Assembly (NCBI RefSeq): GCF_036321535.1
Contig: NC_087436.1
Location: 99,636,001 to 99,700,000 of the forward strand
Source: Camelus dromedarius
Lineage: Eukaryota
Direction of reading: 5' to 3'
DNA: 64,000 nucleotides
The notes under the pieces were generated by a model. The model was given only the letters and a program-made list of their open reading frames with translations. It searched no databases and was not told where the DNA came from. The stretch's first letter is position 1. Each line of letters starts with the position of its first letter. Both the position numbers and the translations under genes were made by a program. This document shows, piece by piece, positions 1-13,360 of the stretch.

Positions 1-869
1 TTGTTCCAGTTTAAGTAATTAATAGATACTGCCCCTCTCCTGATTTCCAAGCAACTGAGAAATGAGAAATCAGATTGATGTAGATTAAATCGCTATTATT
101 GATTCAAACTAGATTTGAACATGGGGCTTCAGTGCAAGGTCACATGACCTGCAGCACGCACCTGAATTACAGTGATTAACTCAACTGGATAATCTCAGGC
201 CTTCCTTACAGAGGTAGACTCCTTATAGCATGGTAGAAATGCAGCCAAGATTGGTCCTCTTAGAAAGAAACATTTCTTTCCCAATACTGATTTCCTATTT
301 GACTTGGAGAAGCTCCCCACAAACTACTTCAGATTCTTCTGTACCCCTCATTCACTTCTTTAATCTGATTCGAAAATTTGGAAAGAAAAGCTACCTCCTT
401 ATTCCCATATTCTTCTTTTATTCTTTATAATCTGGGAATCCAACTTCCCACAAAGAATGTGAATCCCACCTGCTCCTTCATGGCGCAGGTATGAGGGGCA
501 AGCCTGCTGTGGAGGGGCCCACGTGGTCCAGTTTGACCAGTGGCATGCTAGGTAAGTCTCTGCTGATGAGCTACATTCTCCAGTATTTTATCAGGAATAA
601 AGGAATATCCCTGGTAAAATGAACATCTGTGAAATCTCTCTGATTGAAACCCTCCATTGTCTCCCCTGCTTCACTCAGAATACAAGCCAAAGGGCACCCG
701 CTGGCTTCACAGTCCTTTGTGAGATGATGCCAAGTTGTGTCCGTTCTAAGAGCCTTCTCCTGCCCACCCCCAGTTCACTTGCCTGCAGCCATTCTAGCCT
801 TGTTTGTCTGCAAACAAACACTTGCCCTGTTTCCCTACCCGGGATTCTTTTCCCCTAAAGAGCTCCCCC

Positions 870-1180
870 AAGCTCTTCAAATCTTTGCTGAAGGCCTACC
901 TTCTAATTAAGGTGACCCTGAAACCCTAAGACCCTGTTTAAAACCGCATCCTAACTCCTCCCACACCTGCAAGGCAGCTTCCCTGCTCTACCCTTTTTTA
1001 CCTTACCATCTCCAAATACACACTCACTTGACATATTTATTTTGTTCATTCTTCATTAACTCGTGCTCCCAACTGAAAATCACACGACGGTAGCAGCTTT
1101 TGTGTCTTCTGTTCCATGATATATCACGAGCACAAAGGAAAGCCCCTGGCATGTCGTAGGCACTCAATCAACATAGGAGG
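870..1180 (+). mobile_element. L2 LINE 3' fragment
   Basis: Ends with cctggcatgtcgtaggcactcaatcaac, resembling the L2/MIR 3' tail. Confidence 0.55.
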
Positions 1181-2289
1181 AAGTCAGCGTGGGACGTAAA
1201 AACAGAAATCATGATACGAGTTCCCATAGCTGATGGCTCTGGAGTATGTGGGAAAAAATGGTAGTTATTTCAAAATGATAATTTGTTTTCCCATTTTGGG
1301 CTAATTAAGTACTTTGCTGCTAAGTATGTTTATGACTTAACCAATATACCCTGTCACTTAGTTTTCTAAAAATTGTTTAAACAATGACTAATACTACAAG
1401 TCATTTAAATGTGGCAGTTTTGTGTTTGTGAAATTGCCAATATATTTGCTATAATTAAAGCTATATATTTATATGTCACAGAATAAATTATTTAAGCTTA
1501 TAAACTCTCTCTGCTGACTACTGTTATTTTTAATTTCCAACAAGAAGAAAATAGACACAGCGCATAATAGAGTGAGGCTGGCATATGCTATTATCTTTTG
1601 TGCTGATGTGAAATATTTTCCTGGAGAAAGAAATTAGTAACATATAAATAAGAGAAAACCAACATTATTTTGTATAAATGACATTTTGTGTGTAAGCAAA
1701 TAGCATATATATATATATATACATCTTTATTATATTCATGAATATTTTAGAATATATATGATAAAGATGATGGGAAGGTTATGATATATTTCATGTTAAG
1801 CCATTATTTAATAGGAAACTGAAGGCTGTAATTATCTTTAATAAGTTTTTACATCTTAATTCATGCTCTGAAGAGCAATAATGGGAACACTGGCTTTTCA
1901 CATACTCTGCATGGATATTATATTAATAAAATATTTAGATAAATATTTGGGTATTCTCTGACAGAACACTGAAATCAACTGCCTTTGGGTCTTAGAACTG
2001 TGTGCTTATTTCATAAGCCCAGCATCTTTAATACCTAAGGAATGTCCATAACAGTGATTTTTAATATTTGTGAATTAATGTGAAAAAAAGAAAAATTTAG
2101 GTCATTGCTTCAGGTGCAAACATAAAAGGTTTCACTATCATTGATTCTGTTGTTCTTGTCAGAAGATTCATTGTTAATTCTTTCATTTATTCAAGAATTT
2201 ATTATTAAGTAACTTCAACATGCTTGGGCTTCCTTTATCATTGTACTTATTATGTCATACTGAATAATTCCTAATAGATTTTTTAAGGG

Positions 2290-2446
2290 TTTTTTTTTTT
2301 TTTTTTTTTTTTTTTTTGGTGGGGGCAGGTAATTAGGTTTCTTTCTTTCTTTCTTTCTTTACTTTTAGAGGAGGTACTGGGGATTGAGCGCAGGACCTCA
2401 TGCATGCTAAGCATGCGCTCTACCACTTGAGCTATACCCTCTCCCC
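2290..2446 (-). mobile_element. tRNA-Ala(AGC)-derived SINE, camelid vic-1-like
   Basis: Minus strand reads GGGGAGAGGGTATAGCTCAAGTGGTAGAGCGCATGCTTAGCATGCATGAGGTCCTGCGCTCAATCCCCAGTACCTCC (tRNA-Ala-like, altered B box). This is followed by (GAAA)n, CCTAATTACCTGCCCCCACC and a 28-nt poly(A). Imperfect TSD: ttcctaatagatt 2268-2280 / atcctattagatt 2447-2459. Confidence 0.88.
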
Positions 2447-2569
2447 ATCCTATTAGATTAAAAAATTTTTAAGAATAGGGGATATGAGTTATTCAATTTT
2501 TATTGTAAAGCTGGTAAGCTTTCATTAAAAAATAATGTTAATGTTAACTGAAAGAGGTAATGAATATAG

Positions 2570-2860
2570 AAGTGAACATATGTTCCCTTCCCCCAGAGAG
2601 ATTAGCGTCTAGTGGGGTAGACATCTCAGGTGAATTAACAATAATGACAGTGTTACATGAAAATGTTACTACAAGGTTGTGCAAATATGTTCAGGAAAAG
2701 AACTTCATTTTCCCTGCATCCAAAGCAGCAGGTTGACTAGGAAATGCTTCCAAAAGGATGGCAGACTGGGAGGCAAGGTAGTAGATTCCCAGAAAGCTAT
2801 GTGGTATAAGAATATTTCATACAGACAAGAGAATAAGGAAAACCAGAAAAATAAAGCAAC
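2570..2860 (-). mobile_element. L2 LINE fragment
   Basis: cccttcccccagagagattagcgtctagtggggtagaca matches the reverse complement of the L2 3' region. Confidence 0.45.
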
Positions 2861-3229
2861 ACAGACTATGTAACTTTTTTTTATCTTGAGAAAAAGAAGT
2901 TAGTCAAAATACTTAATGTATATTTTTTCATCTAAAGATGCAGATATATAAATACATAAACATTTTTAAAACTTCCTCAAAATATAATGTGAAAGTATAT
3001 GTGACACATGAATTAAAGTTATCTGTAAGATAAATCTGATAAACTTACTAAATATTTGTCAAGGTTTTAATAAATTCCACATAGGCAACAAAATATTCCA
3101 AGTCAACAAAATACTCTTTTGGATAAGACACAGTCTTTCACCACAGTGTTTTGATATGTTAATGTGTTGATTGAAAATAAATGCTAAAACTGTGATTATA
3201 ATCTGCTCATGAATAATTAAGGGACCAAC

Positions 3230-3390
3230 GGAAGAGAAGAACAGAGGGACGGACTCAAGAAAGGAAAGGGAGGAGGGAGAGTAAAAGAGGAAAAAGAAAA
3301 AGAAAGAGAGAGATAAAAAGAAAGAGAAAAAGCAAGAGAAAGGAAGAGTGGGGGAGGGGGAAAGAAGGGTAGGGAGGAAAGAAGGGAGGG
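3230..3390. repeat. Purine-rich (GA) low-complexity tract
   Basis: Nearly pure A/G run; it explains the F/S/L-rich ORF 3059..3433. Confidence 0.85.
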
Positions 3391-5789
3391 TTTGTAGATC
3401 TGTCTCTGACCATATGCTTAAGAGTGGGACCATGTGTTAAGGCTACAGATCCAGAACTGAATTCCTAGTATTTCCTCTGATAGCCTTTCACATTTCAGGA
3501 TACGCCACTTTTTTCCTTTCAGTTTATTAGATCAAATATCTTAGAGTTATTTTCAACTTGTCTACTAAATCTTTTGGGACTTTTCATTTATATAAGGGAT
3601 ACACATGATGCGTGTGTTTGACAGAAGTTTGTCGTTGCAACTACATTATTGTTGGAAAGTACAAGTACAGGCAGAGGGCTGCTGCAGATGAAGAATCCAA
3701 GTCGAGGGCTGTTGTGCATTTGATGGATTGGTCTACAGCATCCACTTAATTTTCCTGTGGTCTACTTACCTATGATGCATGGGCTAGAAATTCAGTTTCT
3801 ATTGTGTGTAGAGTTTTGCCTGGAAATAAGAGACTGTTAAGTGGATGTACTTGTTGAGATCTGAGAGTTCGATATCAGAGAGAGTACCATTCTATTGCCA
3901 GTCTCAGTGCTGGAGATAGTAGGTTGTCTACCGCAGCGTTCAGGTGTCCATTCACTAGCTTCTTGGATGATGAGCTGTTATCACATCTGTACTTTCCAGC
4001 TCCTCAGCTCACAACCACACTGGTGTTGTTTTGAATTCAGCAGTCCTTCCTAGTTCCTCCCATTCCTGGTTAGTGCAGAAATAGAAGCTCCCGTGTTGGT
4101 CTAATGTGTAGTACTGTTTAGCAGTCATTGTTTAAGAACAAGCCTCAACTCTGCTTCTTTAGCTATTTCAAGGGTTTTTCAATTACCCAATTACTTGTAA
4201 TAAAACAAAATATTATGTTTAAAATAATTGAAGTTTACTTCCTCTGATCTAGGATTTATCATTGCATGCTGTGAGAATTCTCAAATCCTACTTTCAACTG
4301 TATCATGCATATATATTGTGCCCTTGGCCTCCATGCAAGTTTATTCCATGTTAAGACTAAATCATTTCACTTGTAGCCTTATAAAACTCTTCACCATTCT
4401 GAGTGATAGTGAATGCACAGTAAGCATTTACTTATTTCAATAAATTATTTCCCATTTTCTTACTACAATTGTATTTAAGAAATAAATTTTTATTAGACAC
4501 CTTCTATATCCTGGATACTATTCCAAGAACAGAAATGATAAAGGAGACTTGATTTCTTTTCTTAGGGGACATATAGACTAGCGAGATTAGTGGAAAGATT
4601 CTGAGGAGTAATGCATAGCACATCAATGTCTTCACTTGTTCCTTCTAACATGTGGCTGCCTTAATTTTACCCTGTAGTAATACATTTTGGACCTTTTTTT
4701 TTTTTTTGAGTAGCTAGACTCTTTCTTTAAATTATTTTCATGACATTATTTTAAAGATGATGATTATGTTGGTAAATTCCAATGTCTAGAACAGATTTTT
4801 TTCTCAATCTCAAAAAAATCATGTGAGACCATATGTGAATATATAAACATCTGCTTTTTCACTCTGTTTTAAGTATCCATGGATTTGTACGTAAGTAAAC
4901 ATTAATGTCTTTTAATATTGGAATCAAATTCACAGAGTAATAATACTGTTCCATATTTTAAAGAATGCCATTGAAAACTCGAGAATTTAAAGATGTAATC
5001 AAAAAAGTTTTGTCTCATCTCCAGCATTCTGCCACTGTATTTCTTTACATTAAAAAAAATCAAGTTGAAAACACTTTTTTTCTTTTGTTATGCATTTATT
5101 ATGACATTTAAAAAAACCCTTCCCTGCTGTTTGCAGACACTTGAATATATCCTATATAGCCTAATAAGATCTATGATTTAATATTTTTGAGGGACTGATG
5201 GTATAATCAGCAATTTCCAATCCCATTGAATTTAGGATTATTCTTTCAGATCTTGTATTTATTGGCATGGTATCTGGCCCCCATGATTTGAGGCTTGATA
5301 TTGTAAAGATACCAAATTGTTAATAACTCCTGAATCTTGAACCTTCATCTCTCATTGAGAGAATTATGACGGTCTTCACTGGTTTTTCTGCCTTATGTTC
5401 TCAATCATTAATTTTCATGCCTACATTACTGCGCAAGATCTTTTCAAGAAAATTCCAATAATGAGCTTGATGATTTTAAACCCAAACTCACTTGAAGGTT
5501 GCTTGTTGGTTTTGTGTATGGATGTGTATCGATAGATACTTAGATAGAAAAAAAAAAGATGGAAGATAGATACATGATTGATAGATAGATCCCAGATAGC
5601 TTAGTGTAAATGTGACCCCTTCACATTCTTCCTTTGCTGACATCACAGAAGAAGTTTGTCTCTAAGATAAAAAAAAAAATTGTCTTATATCATCTCAAAT
5701 ATCTCCGCCGGTTTCTAGAACACTGAAAGGAAGTTCTAATTGTCTCAAACTAATAAAATTGTCTCAAATTAATGAAAATTATTTACATA

Positions 5790-5910
5790 TAAGGGAACTG
5801 AGGCACCAAGAATATAAATACACTTGCCCAAGGTCATATGACTAGTAAGTGGGAGAGATCTGATCTCAACTGAGATGCCTGGCTGCAGAGATAGCACTCT
5901 TACCACCAGG
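5790..5910 (-). mobile_element. MIR SINE
   Basis: gaactgaggcaccaagaa...cacttgcccaaggtcatatgactagtaagtgg matches the reverse complement of the MIR core. Confidence 0.8.
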
Positions 5911-8069
5911 GTGTATAAACACCTTGCAAAATCTGGACAGATTTCTGGGATTTTTGAAATACAATTACATATATATGTAATGCACATATATGCATGCACA
6001 GAATATATATACACATATACATACATACACATACATGTAATATTTGTACAGCATTGAACAGTTCACAAAATATTCTCCCATGTACAGTCTGATCAATCAC
6101 AGCCACCACTCTTGATAGTAAATATTATCACAATACAGAAAAAAACCCGAGGCTTTCGAGTGTGAAGAAAGTTATTCAAATTCACGTGGTTTATAAGATA
6201 TGCCTTGATGTTCCCCGACTGCGTGGCTGGGACATTCCCCTTCACTGGGTTAACATTCCTATGAAAAGCTGCTGTAAAATCTAAATCAAGAAATATGGCC
6301 ACACACATTTGGGATTGATGTATTTTATGGGTGGTTTTTATGTGTTACGAATGAAGAAACTTGTCAGTTTTTCTCAGTTTCATCTAAGCAGTGGATATGG
6401 TTTATGTACCTTAATTGAAACCAATTAGATTTTCAAAAGTTGTGGTTGAAATTATAACCACATTTTGATCTACAGATTGAAAAACCAAGTTTACAAGTAT
6501 CTATCGTTGCGTAGAATTAGAAACTTTATAATACATAAAGGCTGGATTGATAGTTTCTTCTTAAAGAATTCATATTGAAGGAAGTTTGATTTTTTTCTTC
6601 TTATAAAATGTTTCAATTTAAAGGATGTTTTAGTAAGCAATATTTTAAAACTATTCAAGGCTCTTTGTGGCAACAAAAATTGAACTCAAAGTGGAAATGT
6701 ATAAGTTCATTGAAAAGCAAAACTTAGAGAATCAGCTTCAGGAATGACTGGCCCCAGGAGTTTAAATCTGTATTCAGGAACCTGCATTTTCTCAAACCTT
6801 AATCTTACTTTTCCCTATATTGGTTTCACCCTCAAGAAGGCAGAGAGCCTTCTCTATTCACATTTGGCCAGATGATCCTTATAGCTCCAAATCTCTGTTC
6901 TGCTAGCTTCATTATCTCAAATGAAAATGAGATTTCTCTTTCCCAAAACTGCAGAAAATATTTTGAAATGGAATCTTACTGGGCCACTTACCTAACCTTG
7001 AACCATGAGGATGAGACAGGGGTATGGTGGCTCTGGAAAAGAAAGTGGGAACGTTTCCAATAGGAAAAATTGTGCACTTATGCTGAGCAGGGAAAACTTA
7101 ACATACGTCCAGCATTGTGGTTAGCAAAAAAGTAACAGACATCTATTACAGTGGTGAGCCTATATATTGAATGATGAAAATTTTGTTGTTTTGTAAATCA
7201 GTGCATACACTGGAGAGAAGAAATTCAATTTAAGGTAGAAAGGCTAACTTTTTAGGTGTTATTTAATAGTACAGTTCATTCATGACAAGGTATTTTAAGC
7301 TAAATTTTTAGTTAGTGGAAGTACATACTCATTCTTTAAATTCAGAGTACATATATGTAGAAATATGATAGCAATGTATTTTAGTTGATACAAAGACATG
7401 TTTCTTTTAGAAGAATTCATGAATACTTTTAAAAGCTTCTCGAAAACTAGACTCATATTTCATACAGGTTGTAATTTAGCATAATTTTCCTTTTTATAAG
7501 AAGTGTAAAACAGGTATTAGTGATTATTTCTTGTACTCTCTGCAATATTTAATACCCAAAATGTATTTATATTGTGACTTTATTTTGTACATAACAATGT
7601 AGTTACTAAAGCAATTATAAAATGTACATAATCCAGAAATATACTTCTGACAGATCAGTGGTAGATTTTTTTGTTAACATGTTTTAAAATATATATCAAA
7701 ATAAAATTTTGTTCTGTATTTCTTTGATTAGAAGTATGAAATTCTAGGATTTCTAATAAATTTAAGATATTCTTGTAGAGATAGCATCGCAGATACTTAA
7801 TATACTGTATCATAATATATAGTTGTGTGGTTAATTGCTTATTATTATAAAACTCGGATTTTTTTTTTAAATGGTAGGTTTTAGCACTATATTTCCACAG
7901 TAAATCAAACTTAACCTATGACAAAAATAAAATCTACTTGGCTGTAAGAGTCTTTGTGAGATTAAATTTCACAACTCTGCCTTTGAATGGGTGCATTGTC
8001 CTCATCTTTAACAAATGAAAGTTCAGTGATGACATAAACCTAGTGTAGTCAGAACAGGCACTTCAGGTC

Positions 8070-8100
8070 TGTGTGTGTGTGTGTGTGTGCGTGCGCGCAT
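8070..8100. repeat. (GT)n/(GC)n microsatellite
   Basis: tgtgtgtgtgtgtgtgtgtgcgtgcgcgca. Confidence 0.9.
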
Positions 8101-8784
8101 GTAGTTATCTGATTAGTCCCTGTTTTAAGGTATTGTTCCTTCTTCCATTAAGTATCAACCATTTTACTACTGGAGAAACCATTTACTACTACTTATATTG
8201 GAGAAAATAAGATAGATAATACAATAGCTAAAAAATAAGCACTAAACTCTGTAGGAATATTTTTCCAAAATATTTTGTTTTCCTTAATATGAAGTTGAGC
8301 TAAGAAATGACACAAAATTACAAATTTTGGAGTTTATTTAAATATGAAAATACTTCATAAGATCAATAAAAGGTGATAAATGTCATATATCTTATTTTTG
8401 AGAACTTCTTGCAATTTGAAACTGTTACACCACAAGAAAAATAATGGAATTTTGTTGCTTATGTGGGCTAAAGGTATATTTTTTTCACTAATACCCTAGG
8501 TAACTTTGACTGAATTGCCTAAACCTCATTATCTTATCTTCTATAAAGACAACATCATTTCACAAGGTTTCTGAAACCACTAAATAGTGTAATGCATTGT
8601 AAAATTCAAAATGCTATGTACATTTCAGATCTGTTGAACTTACTACACTTTTACTATAAGTGTTATAATTTTAATTTAATAAAAATCAGGTATTTAAGAT
8701 AAAAAACATCTAAAATGGCCTCTTGGTATAAGAAATATTGTGATCATTTTACATTAGATATTAAGGTAAAATATTTTATTAAGA

Positions 8785-9170
8785 TTTCCTGGAACACACC
8801 AGGTACCATTCTACCTCAGGGCCTTTGCATTAACAGTTTTCTATGTCTGAAGAGCACTCTCCCTTATCCTTGTGGTTTATTCCTCACCTCCTTTAGCCTT
8901 TGGTCAAATGTTTCTTCTTCAAGGAGTCCTTTTCTGAGCACTCTATTTAAAATTAGAGCATCCCCCCTCACCCTTCTACTAGTGGCCCTTTATTTCTTTT
9001 AATTTTCTTCCTGTATCATTTAACATTTATGACCATCTGGCATACCACATAGGTATTCATTTGTCTTCTATATCTGCACACCTTCCCCGCCACTGAAATG
9101 TAAACTCAAAAAGAGGAAGAATTTTTGGTTATTTTGTATACTACTCTGTCAGACAACTGTCAGGAGTATT
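8785..9170 (+). mobile_element. L2 LINE 3' fragment
   Basis: ggaacacaccagg...cctcagggcctttgca...tcaaatg...ctatttaaaattag typical of the L2a 3' region. Confidence 0.75.
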
Positions 9171-9176
9171 TTAGGT

Positions 9177-9340
<164 letters not shown>

Positions 9341-9529
9341 TTTAGTTATTAACTGAAAGGATATGTATTTCTTACTCTAAATTAACTATATGACAAATTT
9401 TACATGGGTCAGCATTTACTATTTTGGTGAATTGCACTGTTTTTTATGGTCAAGGTATCTGAATGCATCTTTGCAGCAAACAACACAGCTGTAATTTCCT
9501 GCCAGAATTATAATGCTAAAAATGATAAA

Positions 9530-9700
9530 AATATAATAATAGTTGATACATACAGCACTTTACATGTGCTAGGCACTGTTTAAACACCCTACCAATAGTA
9601 ACTCCTTTATTCCTTACAGCAACTCTTTGAGATGAGTACTATTATATTATCCCCATTTTAATAAATGTTAAAACTGAGGTATAGATAGCCCATAGTCAAA
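9530..9700 (-). mobile_element. MIR SINE
   Basis: tgtgctaggcactgtt...tattatccccattttaataaatgttaaaactgagg. Confidence 0.75.
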
Positions 9701-10757
9701 TTGCATAGTTTGGTTGTTTCTTCATTACTTTGATCCACTTTTTGTAAAATCTATAATGGTTGGTATAATGTTGCAGTTTCACAACATCTAACAAAAACAC
9801 ATTTTTACCAAGTCATTATCAACTGTAAACACTTCACAATGCTTTCTTGGGCTCCATGACTAATTTGAACTTTTGTATATCATGCTACCACCGATAAGAA
9901 CAATTTTGCCATTTAGGTTAGCAAACAAACAAAAAAAAAAACCATTTTCTTATGCTTGAAAATATTTGTGTTACAGTTGTGAAAGTAACTTTCAAATAAA
10001 TTTTGAACAAAAAGTTATACTAAACAAGCAAGAGAGAGAAAATTAGTCAGCATTCATCCTAAAGAAATAACACAAATTTCTATTAGGTATTTTCAGCTAC
10101 ATTGCAAATGCTTCTTATGAGAAAATTGATCTTATTCAGAGCATACATTTAAAAAAAGTAAGTGTAAGACTTCAAATACATGGTGAGTTATTGATGTTCT
10201 GTATGCTTCATAAAGTTTATTCCTCATATCTGTTCTGCTATTAATATAAAAGAATTATACATTAAATATACAGAGAGGATTTTTAGATCATTCAAAATCC
10301 ATTAAAAGCTGAGATAGTCTTATAATTAATTTTCTGCTGAGATGAAAATTCAGAACCTTGAAATAACTTGCAGATGGTCATTGTCATAGTGAAGAGAACC
10401 TTTGTCGTCTTCTAAGAATCATTTTACTCCCTAGTAAAAATTCAAGATACATTTACATCTCACAATCAAGATTGGTGGGCAGGTTCCTGGAAGGAAGAAT
10501 GGGTGTCTTGAATTGTGATTTAATATCAGTGGCATTTATCCAACTTAAAGTGTCTATCTCATGTTAGATTCTTCTTTTTAGATGGAAATACCCCTTGGAA
10601 AGTAGGTATTTGTTAATTCATTTTAAGTTCCTTTTCTGAGTCTTAAAATAGTGACTCAGGGCGAGGCAATCTGTCATCAAAACAATTAAGAAAAACTGTT
10701 TTATCACAGCACATCAAGATAAACATCATCACTAGCACAAGTTGTTCATTAAAACCA

Positions 10758-11265
10758 CGTATTAGTTATTTATCATTGTGAAACAAATTACACCAAAAGG
10801 TACCAGCATAAAACAACATGCACTTTTTTACCCCACAGTTTCTATGAGGCAAGGATCTGTACACAGCTTAGCTGCAGTCATCACAAGCCTAGACTGGGGT
10901 GACGTCCCCTGTTTACTCACCTGATGTTGGCAGGATTTAGCTCCTCCCATGTTTTTGAACTGAGTCCTTGATCCTCACAAGCTCTTGTCTGGAAGTGTCC
11001 CTTGGTTCCTTGCCACGTGTGTCTCCCCATAAAGCAGTTTACAACATGGAAGCTTGCTGCATCGTGCTCTGCAAGAGGGCAAGAGGGAGAAGGCTAGCAA
11101 GCTGAAGTCACAACCTTCCATAACCTAATCATGGAAGTGGTATCATGTTCCCTTTGGCATGTTCTATTCATTAGAAGCAAGTCACTAGGTCCAATACACA
11201 CTAACAAGGCTGAGAATTCTGGGATGAGGATTCATTCTGAGGAGTCATCTAAGAAGGTGCCTACT
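10758..11265 (-). mobile_element. MaLR (MLT1-type) solo LTR
   Basis: tattagttatttatc...aacaaattacaccaaaa...tccttgccacgtg...ttctattcattagaagcaagtcactaggtcca, MLT1 hallmarks in reverse orientation. Confidence 0.75.
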
Positions 11266-13049
11266 GCAGTCTTGCATATATTCTGTCCCAGTATATGGCT
11301 TGTGAGAATTTCTTCAAACGTAACACATATATTGTCTTTGACATAAATAACACACATTGCCAGAAATAACTTTATCACCAAATGTTGATTTTAGTGTAAC
11401 TGCCAAGCACACAAGTTGTGAAATTACACACATCCTACTAACTGCTGTTTTGGGACTGTATTATTGGAAGCAGATGATTACTAAAGGTATTGTGATTTTT
11501 CCAGCATGTTGTTTACTCAATATTTGATAAGTGTTACTAGTACCTATTTGGAACAGAAACACTGAAGACAGGTATGAGATATTTGGCCAAGATTTTGTGA
11601 TTACGTGTGAAATATTTTGACAAGAGCTATGTATAGGGAGAAAGCTATGGAGATAAAAACCAGAATTTTCAAGTGGGAAGCTAATGTGATAGATTAAGCT
11701 AAATTTTTTCTTTAAACAGCTAGATACTGTGAATATATTTTCAAGTTCTGGTGACCAACTGATCTCCATTAACCCTGAGGACATCACTTTGGGTACTGAA
11801 GTAGTAATTCTAAAAAAACCTAGAAGTGGTTTTTGAATTACTTTACATGAAATGATTTTCATACACATAGCATTTTATCAGTACTTTCTGATAACATATA
11901 CTACATTAATCTTTGCATTATAGTTTTGTTCTTACTATTTTTAATACATTTCTTCTACTATAGCAAGGAACCGGATTTTAGAGATACTGACATTCATTTT
12001 GTAATGAAGTCTCTGGTCTTCAGTTTCCTGGTCGCTGAATGTAGGTGTTGGATTCAATTCTGTATAACATCCCCTCCAGATATATCCATTCTATTATACT
12101 GTGAGTATCTGTTCCTTCAAACAAAAATCTGCATCATTCTTGTGTTTATTTTCTAATGGGATTTAGTGTGTAATAGGTACCTAATAAATATCTGGAGACG
12201 AAATATTAAATTAATATATACTGACACCATATATATATATACACACACACATCTATATATATCTCTCCATTTTTTAGGAAATTTAATTAACCATGCTTCA
12301 CTTAGGATTCCTGCTACCTAAATTTTGTGTTCTCTGTAATTTTGTCTTTTATTTATTTCATTTAAGTCATTTTAAGCCAGGAAATATATTTTCATTTTAC
12401 GATGACTTTTATTCTTCAATTTAATGAAAGAAAGGAAGAAGGAAAGAGAAAGAAAAAAACAAAAAAGAAATCTCATTTTAGCATGATTTTATTTTCTACA
12501 TCAGGAAGTTGGTATATATTTTTTCCGAAACTGACTTTCACTCTTGGTGGCTAATTTTCATTTCTTCAGGACTAAGGTTGTGGTAGATGCCAGTAACTAG
12601 AGAGGTTTCAAATTCACAATTCTCATAACATATTCCTAATCAATCAGTAAAATAACAGATGCACAGAACATGTTCCTACACAAGCATATGGTAAGTATAA
12701 CAGTTGTCTTAACCTCATGTTAAAAAATGGATTTAAAAATAAAAAAAAAAAATTTTAAAAACAAATTTACCTGCTTTTAAATGTTTTGAAGTTCCTTGGG
12801 AAATTTTAATTCTTGCTCATCAAATATTTAACTAAAAAATAACGTACTGTTAAGGCAATGTGGCGAAGCATAGTGTCTCTTTGCAAACATATAGAGAGGG
12901 GAGACAATAACCAGTGGAAAGTTGAAAATATAATTTAGACTTGATAGTTTCAGCTTCAGGATGTAAAGAACCTGGAAGTCATTATTCCAACTCTTACAAT
13001 TTTGAGAATTCCTGATCTAAAACAAGAAAGCAGGGAAGTCTAAAAAATT

Positions 13050-13360
13050 GTCACAACCAAGAAGAGCCTAAGGAGACATCAGTACTAAAAAGTAATGTGG
13101 CACTCTGAATGGGATCCTGGAAGAGAAAAAAAGATGTTGGGTATAAGCTAAGTTAATCTGATAAACTAGATACTTTAATAAATAATAGTGTAATCACATT
13201 TGTTTATTAATTGTGACAAATATACCCTATTTTGTAATGTTAATAATGATGTTAATAATAGAAGAGACTGGATGAGGGGTACATGGGAACTCTAGTTATT
13301 AGCTTCTCAATTTTTCTATGAATCAAAAACTATTCTGTACGTTAAAGTTAACTGAAAAGC
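13050..13360 (+). mobile_element. Ancient L1 (L1MC/L1MD-like) 3' end
   Basis: gagcctaaggagacat...ctgaatgggatcctggaa...ggggtacatgggaactct. Confidence 0.7.

Noticed and set aside
2370..2446. Functional tRNA-Ala gene
   Set aside because: Altered T-arm/B box and attached (GAAA)n body, poly(A) and TSD indicate a SINE.
3059..3433. 124-aa hydrophobic ORF
   Set aside because: Translation of a purine-rich low-complexity tract.
6093..6308. Minus ORF with IFLDLDFTAAF resembling a LINE RT motif
   Set aside because: No neighbouring RT motifs in the expected order; similarity too short.
11461..11868. 135-aa ORF, longest in the window
   Set aside because: No recognisable domain, AT-rich composition and no splice context; within chance expectation.
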